Shown here: positions 1 to 7,864 of the stretch, in pieces
Layout of the letters: the number at the start of each line of letters is the position of its first letter
Position numbering within the stretch: the stretch's first letter is position 1
Assembly (NCBI GenBank): GCA_024275655.1
Contig: JAJRYR010000036.1
Location: forward strand, 1-51,972
Length of the DNA: 51,972 nt
Reading direction: 5' to 3'
Source: an archaeon
Lineage (GTDB): Archaea > B1Sed10-29 > WALL01 > WAMD01
Translations under genes and position numbers: made by a program
Notes under the pieces: generated by a model
The model's input: only the letters and a program-made list of their open reading frames with translations
Database searches by the model: none
What the model was told of the DNA's origin: nothing

Positions 1-338
1 ACTAGATCGTACTGGTCCTGGAGCTGGCAGGTGCTGGACTTGAAGCAGTTTGTTGGAGCGCTACTCACTGTACCTCCAGAACTCTCTATTGGGGCACATG
101 TTGCACAGGGTTTTATCTTTCCAGGTGCAGTGGACTGAGTTCCATCGTAGGGAGAATTGTAATCCAGGAGTTCAATTCCTGCAAGAGAACAAGAATACTT
201 GTCCTTTGCAACATTGGTGGAGGTCTTGGCAGGATTCATCAAATTATGAGCAACTAGAATAACCACGACAGCTATTGCCAGGATGGCTGCGAGTATGAGC
301 AAGTACTCCAGTGCTCCTTGACCTTTTCTAGCTTTCAT
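1..338 (-). CDS. Class III signal peptide (archaeal type IV pilin/archaellin-like) protein; 3' end runs off the window
   Basis: The minus-strand ATG at 338 opens a frame with no stop through position 1. That is why it is absent from the ORF track. The N-terminus MKARKGQGALEYLLILAAILAIAVVVILVA is a canonical prepilin-peptidase (PibD/FlaK) substrate motif: K-G-Q/A then a hydrophobic helix. Confidence 0.5.
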   Translation of the reverse strand, partial: MKARKGQGALEYLLILAAILAIAVVVILVAHNLMNPAKTSTNVAKDKYSCSLAGIELLDYNSPYDGTQSTAPGKIKPCATCAPIESSGGTVSSAPTNCFKSSTCQLQDQYDL

Positions 339-393
339 CAGGAAAAGTAATGAAAATGGATTATTTAAATGTAATCCAGAAAGGAAAGAATTA

Positions 394-446
394 GAGGGGG
401 CCCTTAGCGGGCCCCAAGATAGAAGCTCCCTCTCCCCCTTCTCCCC
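394..446. repeat. Copy 1 of a GC hairpin (GGGGCCC-ttagc-GGGCCCC) plus a CT-rich tract ctccctctccccc, in the divergent intergenic region
   Basis: The sequence tagagggggcccttagcgggcccc followed by agctccctctccccc is seen directly. The same two modules recur at 1516-1640. Confidence 0.6.
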
Positions 447-527
447 AGAAAAATTATCATCCTCAGTATATTTATATCTATCAAAATAGTAAAAAAATTT
501 AAACAATTTACTTAACAAAATTAAAAC

Positions 528-1529
528 ATGGGTGGGCTTCTACTTGATTATAACAAAAGACACCTGCTAAAGATATTATGCAAGAATAGTAGAACACCAA
601 TTATAGTACTACAAAAAGAAATTGGGGTCAGCTATCCCACCATAAAACGTTGGCTCACAGAACTAACAAGAACTGGTTTGAAGTTTACAGTTTCGCTAGA
701 CATGACACAACTTGGGTTTTATCACGAATACTTCATAAAAGTTCAGTTAAATGATACTCCTGATCCGAGATCACTAAAAAGTCTATTCGCAGATGATATA
801 TATTCCCAACTTGTAGTTTTAACTGAGGGAGATTTTGATCTGTTTATATGGGCAGTATCTACATCACCAGAAGAATATGAGGAAAAATTTGAAGCAAAGA
901 TTCGAATGGAATTAGACGATTATATAGAAGACTGGGTTGCACATGGTTTGTTGGCAAAAAGACATGGATTCCTACCTATACATCCCAACTTACTAAATAA
1001 ATCAAGTGTGCTAGATGAGATTGATAAAATGCTACTCACCCTCCTCATAAAAAATGCAAGAGTATCTGCAACTAAACTGAGTAAACAATTGGGTCTTTCC
1101 AAACCCGCAGTAATATATAGAATGCAGAGATTGCTTAAATCTGGTATAATCAAACGGTTTACCTGTTATTTACCTGCCTCAAAGATAGGAAGTGTAATTA
1201 TCCGTGGATGGCAGGTGTATGGAAAAAAGGAAGATTTTGAAACCGTGGGAAGGAAAATAACCAAACTCTACAAGGGTGTAAGATTAGCAGATACACTAGC
1301 TTACGCAATTGTACCTGATGGGGGATTAGATAACTTAAACATAGAAACATACTTATCGACAAGAGATATTAAATATATAGAAAGAATTTTGGTGGGTGCT
1401 GGAAAGGTAACAAGAAAACATGAGAAAGCAAGAGTAAAAAAGATACTAAAAGGGGAAATTCCCATACAATTCACAGGATTAGAAGACCTGGAGTTCCTAT
1501 TAAGTCCAGCAGAAATAGGGGGCCCTTAG
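528..1529 (+). CDS. Transcriptional regulator with two Lrp/AsnC-type winged-HTH domains
   Basis: Two segments resemble AsnC-type HTH: LLKILCKNSRTPIIVLQKEIGVSYPTIKRWLTELTRTGL and DKMLLTLLIKNARVSATKLSKQLGLSKPAVIYRMQRLLKSGIIKRF. The last 6 codons lie inside the hairpin repeat copy 2. Confidence 0.5.
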   Translation: MGGLLLDYNKRHLLKILCKNSRTPIIVLQKEIGVSYPTIKRWLTELTRTGLKFTVSLDMTQLGFYHEYFIKVQLNDTPDPRSLKSLFADDIYSQLVVLTEGDFDLFIWAVSTSPEEYEEKFEAKIRMELDDYIEDWVAHGLLAKRHGFLPIHPNLLNKSSVLDEIDKMLLTLLIKNARVSATKLSKQLGLSKPAVIYRMQRLLKSGIIKRFTCYLPASKIGSVIIRGWQVYGKKEDFETVGRKITKLYKGVRLADTLAYAIVPDGGLDNLNIETYLSTRDIKYIERILVGAGKVTRKHEKARVKKILKGEIPIQFTGLEDLEFLLSPAEIGGP

Positions 1530-1640
1530 CGGGCCCCAGGCGGCCAGGCTCACCAAGCCGCTGCTCCGGCTTGCGGGAGCAGCGAGGCCGGCACAAGGCC
1601 GACCGAACTTAGAAAGGCGCTCCCTCTCCCCCACCGGCCC
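1516..1640. repeat. Copy 2 of the hairpin plus CT-tract repeat, here split by a ~75-bp GC-rich insert that contains a 9-bp-stem hairpin (cgctgctcc/ggagcagcg)
   Basis: tagggggcccttagcgggcccc at 1516-1537, then a GC-rich block at 1538-1613, then gcgctccctctccccc at 1614-1634. The GC-rich block is conspicuous in an AT-moderate genome. Confidence 0.55.
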
Positions 1641-1787
1641 TGGTCCTCCCACCTTCTCCATTTCTCCAGGGCCTCATTGTAATTTGTAAGGTTTCTTATT
1701 ATTACAAATTTACGTTACATTTGTCACGTGGAAGATTGGACATATGCCCAATAATATAAAAATAGTCGAGATTTCATAAATTAAACA

Positions 1788-2453
1788 ATGAGTATGAAAG
1801 AGGTTATATTTAGAATACGACATGATGTGGGATGCTGGAGTACACTTACAGAAAATGTTGACTTAGAGTTCAAGGAAACACAAGCACTGGGTAAAATACT
1901 ACCAAGCGGAAAGACGTTTACCTGGCAACAATATGTAGTGTACGATCCTAAAAACGAGTTAGAAGATTGGCTAAATAGGGTAAGGGGTAAAAAAGACTTG
2001 AAAACTATCAGAATAACACCTCTTTCTCAAAGACATAACACTTATCTAGTATACCTTGAGTGGGTTGGACCCACAGTATTTTCAAAGATTACTCAGTATG
2101 GGTTCCAGTTAGCGCCAATAACTGTGAAAGAAGGTTACGAGTTCTGGCATGTTGGGGTAGAGGATCCCAAAAAGTTAGCAGAAATTCTAGAAGACATACA
2201 AGAACTAGGTGAGGTCAAAGTAAAACGTATTGGACATGTAGAGCCTGAAATTTGCACAAATCTACTCACTCCAACACAAGAGAGGATACTAAAATTAGCA
2301 ATAGATCTTGGCTATTACTCCTGGCCCAGAAAAGTCACATTAGAAGAAATAGCTGCTGTGGTAGGTGTTAGTAGACGAGCTGTACAAGAAGCCTTGAGAC
2401 GAGCAGAGACAAAGATTATGAATAAATGGGTAAAAGAGGCTTTAACTAGATAA
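1788..2453 (+). CDS. HTH_10 (Bat-like) family DNA-binding protein
   Basis: The C-terminal segment LTPTQERILKLAIDLGYYSWPRKVTLEEIAAVVGVSRRAVQEALRRAETKIMNKW matches the HTH_10 / bacterio-opsin-activator-type HTH. Confidence 0.55.
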   Translation: MSMKEVIFRIRHDVGCWSTLTENVDLEFKETQALGKILPSGKTFTWQQYVVYDPKNELEDWLNRVRGKKDLKTIRITPLSQRHNTYLVYLEWVGPTVFSKITQYGFQLAPITVKEGYEFWHVGVEDPKKLAEILEDIQELGEVKVKRIGHVEPEICTNLLTPTQERILKLAIDLGYYSWPRKVTLEEIAAVVGVSRRAVQEALRRAETKIMNKWVKEALTR

Positions 2454-3246
2454 ACCCGGCCAGGCCCTTCTTCTCCAGCTCTTCTTTGAGGTTCAGTTTC
2501 ATGAAGTCTCTAGCTGCCAGGCTCCTCACCCCAGTTTTCTCTGCCAGGATTCCTGCCATCTTTTCCGGGCCAAACCTCAACGCCCTCATTCCAAAATGAG
2601 TCAGGATAGCCAGTTTGGGTTTTACTTTAGATACTATCTGTACAGCATCCCCCAAGGTCATTATCTCCCCAAAATGGGATAAGTCAGGTGAAATAGTATT
2701 CAAAATCAAGATGTCCACACCATTGAAGTAATCCTCCATTCCAGGGTAGTAGCAGGTGTCAGAAGTGTATCCTAGTTTCAAATCCTCAAAATCAAACACA
2801 AATCCTATTCCGGTGGGCTCACCGTGAACGGTGCTTGTGAAGGACACTTCAAAGTCCTCAAATTTCTCTTTTCTCCCCGGTTCCGCAACTATCACCCTCT
2901 CAACCAGGGATTTGTGGAAATTTGTTATTCCGGGGGTCTCGTCTTCCCAGCCTTGAATGAACATCCTGCTCCCAACAAGTACTCCCTTCTTCTCTCTAGT
3001 TCCCTCCGTCATGGCCTCTATAACTGCAGGTGCATCGTTGTAGTGATCAGTGTGCTGGTGAGAAACAAATACATACTTAGTTTTCATTGGGCTTTCTTTA
3101 GCTTTCCATGCATTAACCAAAGCTCCAGGACCTGGGTCGCAGTGAATCTGAAATCCATCTCCCTTTAATAGAAATCCCCCAGTCCTTCTCCTCTGGGTTG
3201 AAAGGACAAACCGCCCACCGCCAGTGCCTAGAAAGACCAGTTCCAT
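2446..3246 (-). CDS. Metallo-beta-lactamase-fold hydrolase
   Basis: HQHTDH matches the HxHxDH zinc motif, in an N-terminal MELVFLGTGGG context typical of the MBL/RNase Z-like fold. Confidence 0.65.
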   Translation of the reverse strand: MELVFLGTGGGRFVLSTQRRRTGGFLLKGDGFQIHCDPGPGALVNAWKAKESPMKTKYVFVSHQHTDHYNDAPAVIEAMTEGTREKKGVLVGSRMFIQGWEDETPGITNFHKSLVERVIVAEPGRKEKFEDFEVSFTSTVHGEPTGIGFVFDFEDLKLGYTSDTCYYPGMEDYFNGVDILILNTISPDLSHFGEIMTLGDAVQIVSKVKPKLAILTHFGMRALRFGPEKMAGILAEKTGVRSLAARDFMKLNLKEELEKKGLAGFI

Positions 3247-3285
3247 GAGAGAAATTAGGGTTAGAATAAATAAAAAGCTAAAAGT

Positions 3286-3936
3286 TTAGAGCAATCCTTT
3301 ATGCACCTTTCTCAGCAGCTCCTCAAAGCTCTTACTCTTCTTGTAAGTTTTGTATACCCGAGGTAGCTTTGTCTTCAAGAAATCATAACGCCACTGCTGC
3401 CAAACAGAGGGAATAGTGTAATAATGCTGGAAAATCTTGGCAATAACTTCGGAAAGCTGCCAAATTTCATTCCAATTAGGCAACTTCTTTAATTCATAGT
3501 AATCTATACCATAAATTTCCTTCATGATATCCCAGTAGTGGATATGGAAAAGCTCCTCTGCAATAATTCCCCTATCTCTATTTCCGATTCGGATTCCACT
3601 AGGGTATAAATAACAACCCCTCGTGCCGTACCACACTTGACAAGAATATCTCTTCCTCTGCCATTCAAAGCCCGTAAACTCACTTACCTTCTCAAAAAAT
3701 TCACTTTCAACTGGCCTCCAGTAATCCCTAACAATAACACAAAATTCCTTGTTCAATCTTTCGAAAGTTTTCAAGTGCTTCCTAACGAAATCAGCATCCC
3801 ATCCTCTAATGTCATCGTAATCTGGTCCAAGGCGTTCCCTAAGTTCCCTGGCTGTCATGGGGCGAAAATAGAGCCTTGGCATAATCTTTATTAGCCAACT
3901 GGTATTATTAAAACTTTGTACGGCTATTTTAGTCAA
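3286..3936 (-). CDS. Hypothetical protein (W/Y-rich, no recognised domain)
   Basis: It is a long ORF with coding-like composition. Its promoter region is the 51-bp direct repeat, copy A. Confidence 0.35.
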   Translation of the reverse strand: MTKIAVQSFNNTSWLIKIMPRLYFRPMTARELRERLGPDYDDIRGWDADFVRKHLKTFERLNKEFCVIVRDYWRPVESEFFEKVSEFTGFEWQRKRYSCQVWYGTRGCYLYPSGIRIGNRDRGIIAEELFHIHYWDIMKEIYGIDYYELKKLPNWNEIWQLSEVIAKIFQHYYTIPSVWQQWRYDFLKTKLPRVYKTYKKSKSFEELLRKVHKGLL

Positions 3937-3943
3937 TTTACGA

Positions 3944-3994
3944 GGTCGGAAATCCGACTAAATTTACAGAAAAATGGTCGGAAAACCGACCAAA
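3944..3994. repeat. 51-bp perfect direct repeat, copy A (left flank of ATPase cassette 1); it contains two hairpins, gtcggaaatccgac and ggtcggaaaaccgacc
   Basis: The 51-mer ggtcggaaatccgactaaatttacagaaaaatggtcggaaaaccgaccaaa recurs exactly at 5218-5268. Confidence 0.9.
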
Positions 3995-4028
3995 ATCTAT
4001 AAAAAGAATAAAAAAGATAAACCAATAC

Positions 4029-5213
4029 ATGAACCTAGAGGAAATGAAAAAAACAGCAATAAGGCTAGGGGAAAATGTAAAAAATCTCAAACATAGATAT
4101 GTATTTTTCAGTCTAGTGAATAGACTGTTCAAAGAACCCAGAATAAAGTTGGTGAGAGGTTTTAGAGGATCTGGAAAAACCACCATTCTACTACAAATTT
4201 TTAACAAGTACAGGAAAAGAGCTATGTATCTATCAGCGGATAGCCCTATGATTGCTGGAGAGACATTGTACAATGTTTTAAAAGAAGTAATATCCAGTGG
4301 ATACGACCTTCTCTTGATAGATGAAATACACAGATATCCGCACTGGAGGAGAGACATAAAGGCGATATATGATGAGTTCCCGGAGGTAACTCTAGTTTGC
4401 TCAGGAAGTGCGCCCCTAGCATTTGTACCTGAAAGGAGGGAGGAGGTAATAGATGTTGAGCCAATGGGGTTCAGAGAGTTCTTAGAACTCAAGCATGGGT
4501 TTTCCCTCATTGTGAGGGATGAATGGTTAGATCCAGAAAAAAGCATAGAGATGGTGGCGAGATACTCTCCAAACTTAGAATCTGAATTTAGGGAGTACCT
4601 CCAAGTAGGGGGGTACCCAACTTGTCTAAAGTATGATCTAGACAGTGCAAAAAAAGCTTTATACGCCTCAATAAGAAAGTCCATATATGAAGACACTGCA
4701 AGCATTTTAAAAATGTCTCAAGAAAAAATCTACGCATTAAACAAGATACTAGTATTTCTAGCCACATCAGAACCTGGAGAATTGAGTATCACCACACTAG
4801 CATCTGCCACAGAGCTTTCAAAATCGGTCATATATGAACTTCTAGATGCACTAGAAAAGATGAAGATAATAAGAATTATACGCCCGTACGGACGAGGGGC
4901 AAAACTTATTAGAGGATCTCCAAAAATGTTATTTTACCATCCCAATCTCAGATATGCCATATGTAACGAATTGTCAATTGAACCAAGCATAGGTGCCATT
5001 AGGGAGGAACTCGCAGTTTTCGCCCTTGTCTCCAGGGGATACACGGTGAATACATTAAAGGGGTTGAAGCGTTCCCCTGATTACTATGTGGGTAAACCAC
5101 TAAATATGGTCCTTGAAATTGGGGGTAAGGGAAAGTCCAAAAAACAAATAAAGGGTTACAAAAGAGCAAAGGTTATCAAACCTGATCAATTACTTCTTCT
5201 ATCACTTTTCTAG
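4029..5213 (+). CDS. AAA_14/DUF4143-type P-loop ATPase (paralog 1)
   Basis: Walker A GFRGSGKTT and Walker B LLLIDEIH, with family-typical length and C-terminal region. It is a paralog of the 7865-9106 and 10564-11814 genes. Confidence 0.7.
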   Translation: MNLEEMKKTAIRLGENVKNLKHRYVFFSLVNRLFKEPRIKLVRGFRGSGKTTILLQIFNKYRKRAMYLSADSPMIAGETLYNVLKEVISSGYDLLLIDEIHRYPHWRRDIKAIYDEFPEVTLVCSGSAPLAFVPERREEVIDVEPMGFREFLELKHGFSLIVRDEWLDPEKSIEMVARYSPNLESEFREYLQVGGYPTCLKYDLDSAKKALYASIRKSIYEDTASILKMSQEKIYALNKILVFLATSEPGELSITTLASATELSKSVIYELLDALEKMKIIRIIRPYGRGAKLIRGSPKMLFYHPNLRYAICNELSIEPSIGAIREELAVFALVSRGYTVNTLKGLKRSPDYYVGKPLNMVLEIGGKGKSKKQIKGYKRAKVIKPDQLLLLSLF

Positions 5214-5217
5214 ATTT

Positions 5218-5268
5218 GGTCGGAAATCCGACTAAATTTACAGAAAAATGGTCGGAAAACCGACCAAA
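5218..5268. repeat. 51-bp perfect direct repeat, copy B (right flank of ATPase cassette 1)
   Basis: It is identical to 3944-3994. It starts 4 bp after the ATPase stop and ends at the stop of the 5269-5919 gene. Confidence 0.9.
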
Positions 5269-5919
5269 TTACTCTTTTTTGTGTGCTTTTTCTTGCTTTT
5301 CATTTGTTTCCTGTTTACCTAGTCTTAACGCAATTACTGCCAGCACTGCAATTATCACCAGCCCAGCTATTGCAATCACCAGCACGGAATTGTCCTCAGT
5401 TCCTAGTTCCTGCTCTGGCTGTTCAGATGGTTGAGCAACTGGTAGGGTTGCATTAACCGTTTCCTGAGTTTGCTCTTCTTGGGGCTGGATCTCCTCTGTA
5501 CCAAATATCTTTGCCTCTAGATCTGCCAGAAGTGCATCCATGTCAAATGGTGGGTCTGCATGGCTGGTTAGCCAGTAGTACAACCACTCGTGGTACTGGT
5601 CTACCTTCTGCATTAAATCGTAATCCCCATAGTTCTGCAAGCAGGCCTTTGTGTGAGCCCCACCATAGTACTCTAAAGCTATCACTCTTCCGTTCCAATC
5701 TCCCTCGTTAAAGTTCCACTCCTTCTCTGCCTCCCTTGCTCCCTTCAAAAGGTAATACGTACATTTGTCCCAGACCTTGAACTGTTCATAACACAGACCA
5801 GCGTCAATGTACTTTCCCTGGGTGGCTAGAGAATTGCATTGCTCCAAGCTCTCGTAGGTAACGCCTAAAACCAGGGTTGAAACCAGGATTATGCCCAGCA
5901 AAGCATATACGCATTTCAT
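5269..5919 (-). CDS. Secreted/membrane-anchored hypothetical protein (N-terminal signal peptide, acidic Q/E-rich linker, C-terminal TM anchor)
   Basis: N-terminal MKCVYALLGIILVSTLVLGV and C-terminal VLVIAIAGLVIIAVLAVIAL followed by basic residues. Confidence 0.4.
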   Translation of the reverse strand: MKCVYALLGIILVSTLVLGVTYESLEQCNSLATQGKYIDAGLCYEQFKVWDKCTYYLLKGAREAEKEWNFNEGDWNGRVIALEYYGGAHTKACLQNYGDYDLMQKVDQYHEWLYYWLTSHADPPFDMDALLADLEAKIFGTEEIQPQEEQTQETVNATLPVAQPSEQPEQELGTEDNSVLVIAIAGLVIIAVLAVIALRLGKQETNEKQEKAHKKE

Positions 5920-6989
5920 AGATTAATTTTTGGGTTAAATCTTTTAAAAAACTCTCTCACAGCGTACACTGGATTCTCCGTGAAAATCAGGTCCAGGTCT
6001 GGTGGGAAGCACCTCTTGTAATTCTTCCACTTGTACCTTTCATCCATAAACACAACCACACCGACATCATCTTCATTCCTTATCAGCCTTCCCGCCGCTT
6101 GTATTGCCCTGGCCATTGCCGGGTACAGGTATCCGTAGGTCCAACCAGCCCCAAACTTGTACTCATAGTAATCTATTAGTGCTTTGGTTTCCAGGTCATA
6201 CTCGTTCAGAGGTATTCCGACCACAATCACTCCAACTAGTTCCCTTCCAGGATAGTCCACACCCTCTGCCAGGCTCCCTCCAGCTACTGCTAAGAGCAGG
6301 GCTCCTTCCTCCTTCATCCTCTTGAAAAGGGACAAGAGCTCGTTGGTTTCCTCTGGCTTAGAGGACTCCCTCTGAACCAGCACCTGCCTAGTGGTAGCGA
6401 TGTAAGATCTAATTCCGTGAAGAACATCATAGCTGGGAAAGAAAACCGCAACGTTTCCAGGGATTGCCTCCAGGATCTCTGAGATCTTTTCCCCAATCCT
6501 CTTAAATTCTTCCTCGTTCCTCTTTGAGTATCTGGTGGTGACTCCAGTGTAAACAACATTCAAGCGGTTTTTCTTGGGAAACGGAGACCTGTAAATCTTT
6601 GTTACGGTCCGCTCCGGATCGAAGCCCAGCAAGTCCCGGTACATCTCTAGAGGAACTAGTGTTCCGGACATGGCAATTACTGAGTGGGCAGAATCCATGA
6701 GATCCTGGGTGGCCAGGCTGGGATCCAAGTTCTTGTAAGAGATTGTTATCCCGGTGCCGGTCTTCCACTTCTTTGCTATTCTAATGTAGCTGGGAATTTC
6801 CTCTGACCACAGAGAGAAGAACTTTGCCAATTTCAAGCAGGCGGACTTGTTTCTGTTGGTGGTTTCCAGGTAAACTAGACCCTGGTCGTGGAACTCTCCA
6901 ATCAAATCCTCGTCCCAGCTCGGGAGGTCCGAACTGGAAACCAAAGTCTCTTTTTGGTTTGCCAGCTTCTTTGCCAGGACTTCTTCCAT
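5916..6989 (-). CDS. XPD/Rad3-family helicase, C-terminal part (Helicase_C_2); frameshifted continuation of 7007-7810
   Basis: SGTL motif and the HD2 region (VAVFFPSY...AAGRLIRNEDDVGVVVF). The open frame extends upstream to 7082 as HYSLTGEKAEKEV... and overlaps the N-terminal ORF in another frame. Confidence 0.65.
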   Translation of the reverse strand: MEEVLAKKLANQKETLVSSSDLPSWDEDLIGEFHDQGLVYLETTNRNKSACLKLAKFFSLWSEEIPSYIRIAKKWKTGTGITISYKNLDPSLATQDLMDSAHSVIAMSGTLVPLEMYRDLLGFDPERTVTKIYRSPFPKKNRLNVVYTGVTTRYSKRNEEEFKRIGEKISEILEAIPGNVAVFFPSYDVLHGIRSYIATTRQVLVQRESSKPEETNELLSLFKRMKEEGALLLAVAGGSLAEGVDYPGRELVGVIVVGIPLNEYDLETKALIDYYEYKFGAGWTYGYLYPAMARAIQAAGRLIRNEDDVGVVVFMDERYKWKNYKRCFPPDLDLIFTENPVYAVREFFKRFNPKINL

Positions 6990-7006
6990 AGCCTTGGAAA
7001 GTTTTC

Positions 7007-7810
7007 TCAGATGCTTTTCCAGGTGCTTCGCACCCAGGAGCTTAACTTCCTTCTCTGCCTTTTCACCAGTAAGTGAGTAATGCTAACACTGAGGTGGTTT
7101 CTAACCCTCTCTGGAACGTTGTGTGCCTCATCTATGATAATGACTGAATCTCTCAATGTCTTTTTTGTCTTTATCAGAAAGCTCTCTCTTATTCCAGAGG
7201 AGAGCAAATGGAAGTAGTCTGCTATTATCACCTGGGAGTCTCTAGCTATCTGTGTCATTATCTCATAGGCACAGAGTGGTCGTCTCTCCCCTTCGTATGT
7301 AAACGCTTTGCACATATCCACTAGCTTGTGGGCTGGTGTGACCATTCCATAATTCGCTAGGAGCTTTTCTAAATGAAGTCTTGCTGTCTTCCTCTGGCTG
7401 GGGGTGAATCCTCTCGCCCAAGCGTAGTACGGGCAGGATTCGTTTTTCCTTCTCTTGTTGCAAACCTCGTAGAACTCGTCCACGTCCATGCCTTCCAGCG
7501 AGGGATCAACACATGCATACCTTCTCCCGATTATGTCTGCTGCCCTGAACTTGACCTTGTGCCTTTTTGCGATTCTCTCCAGCTCGTTCACCGCAATTTG
7601 ATGCTGGGATATCTTGGGAGTCAAGAAAAAGACTGTCCCATCGTTTTCCAGGGCCCAGGTGAGGGAAGGTCCCAAGACGGCTGCGGTCTTTCCTATGCCA
7701 GTTGGCGCATGGGCAAGCAAATGCTTACCGCTAGACACGGCCTCCCAAACGTCCATCAAGAACTCTTCCTGGTACTTCCTAGGCCTAGAGTGAGAGAAAA
7801 GGATCTTCAC
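7007..7810 (-). CDS. XPD/Rad3-family helicase, N-terminal part (DEAD_2, Walker A, DEAH box)
   Basis: Walker A APTGIGKT and DEAH box IIIDEAHNV. The ORF ends about 25 codons after the DEAH box. Confidence 0.65.
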   Translation of the reverse strand: MKILFSHSRPRKYQEEFLMDVWEAVSSGKHLLAHAPTGIGKTAAVLGPSLTWALENDGTVFFLTPKISQHQIAVNELERIAKRHKVKFRAADIIGRRYACVDPSLEGMDVDEFYEVCNKRRKNESCPYYAWARGFTPSQRKTARLHLEKLLANYGMVTPAHKLVDMCKAFTYEGERRPLCAYEIMTQIARDSQVIIADYFHLLSSGIRESFLIKTKKTLRDSVIIIDEAHNVPERVRNHLSVSITHLLVKRQRRKLSSWVRSTWKSI

Positions 7811-7864
7811 ATTCTAGTTTTGGAAGAGGAACTATTTAGGGATTGAGGTCGCTGGGCAATTCAG

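Noticed and set aside
1538-1613. GC-rich block as a tRNA or other known RNA gene
   Set aside because: No cloverleaf can be folded and there is no conserved T-loop or anticodon arm. It is kept only as a hairpin-containing candidate structured element.
3938-4705. 255-aa minus-strand ORF
   Set aside because: It is entirely antisense to the ATPase paralog 1 gene, which has Walker motifs. It has low-complexity S/L-rich translation and begins inside the 51-bp repeat.
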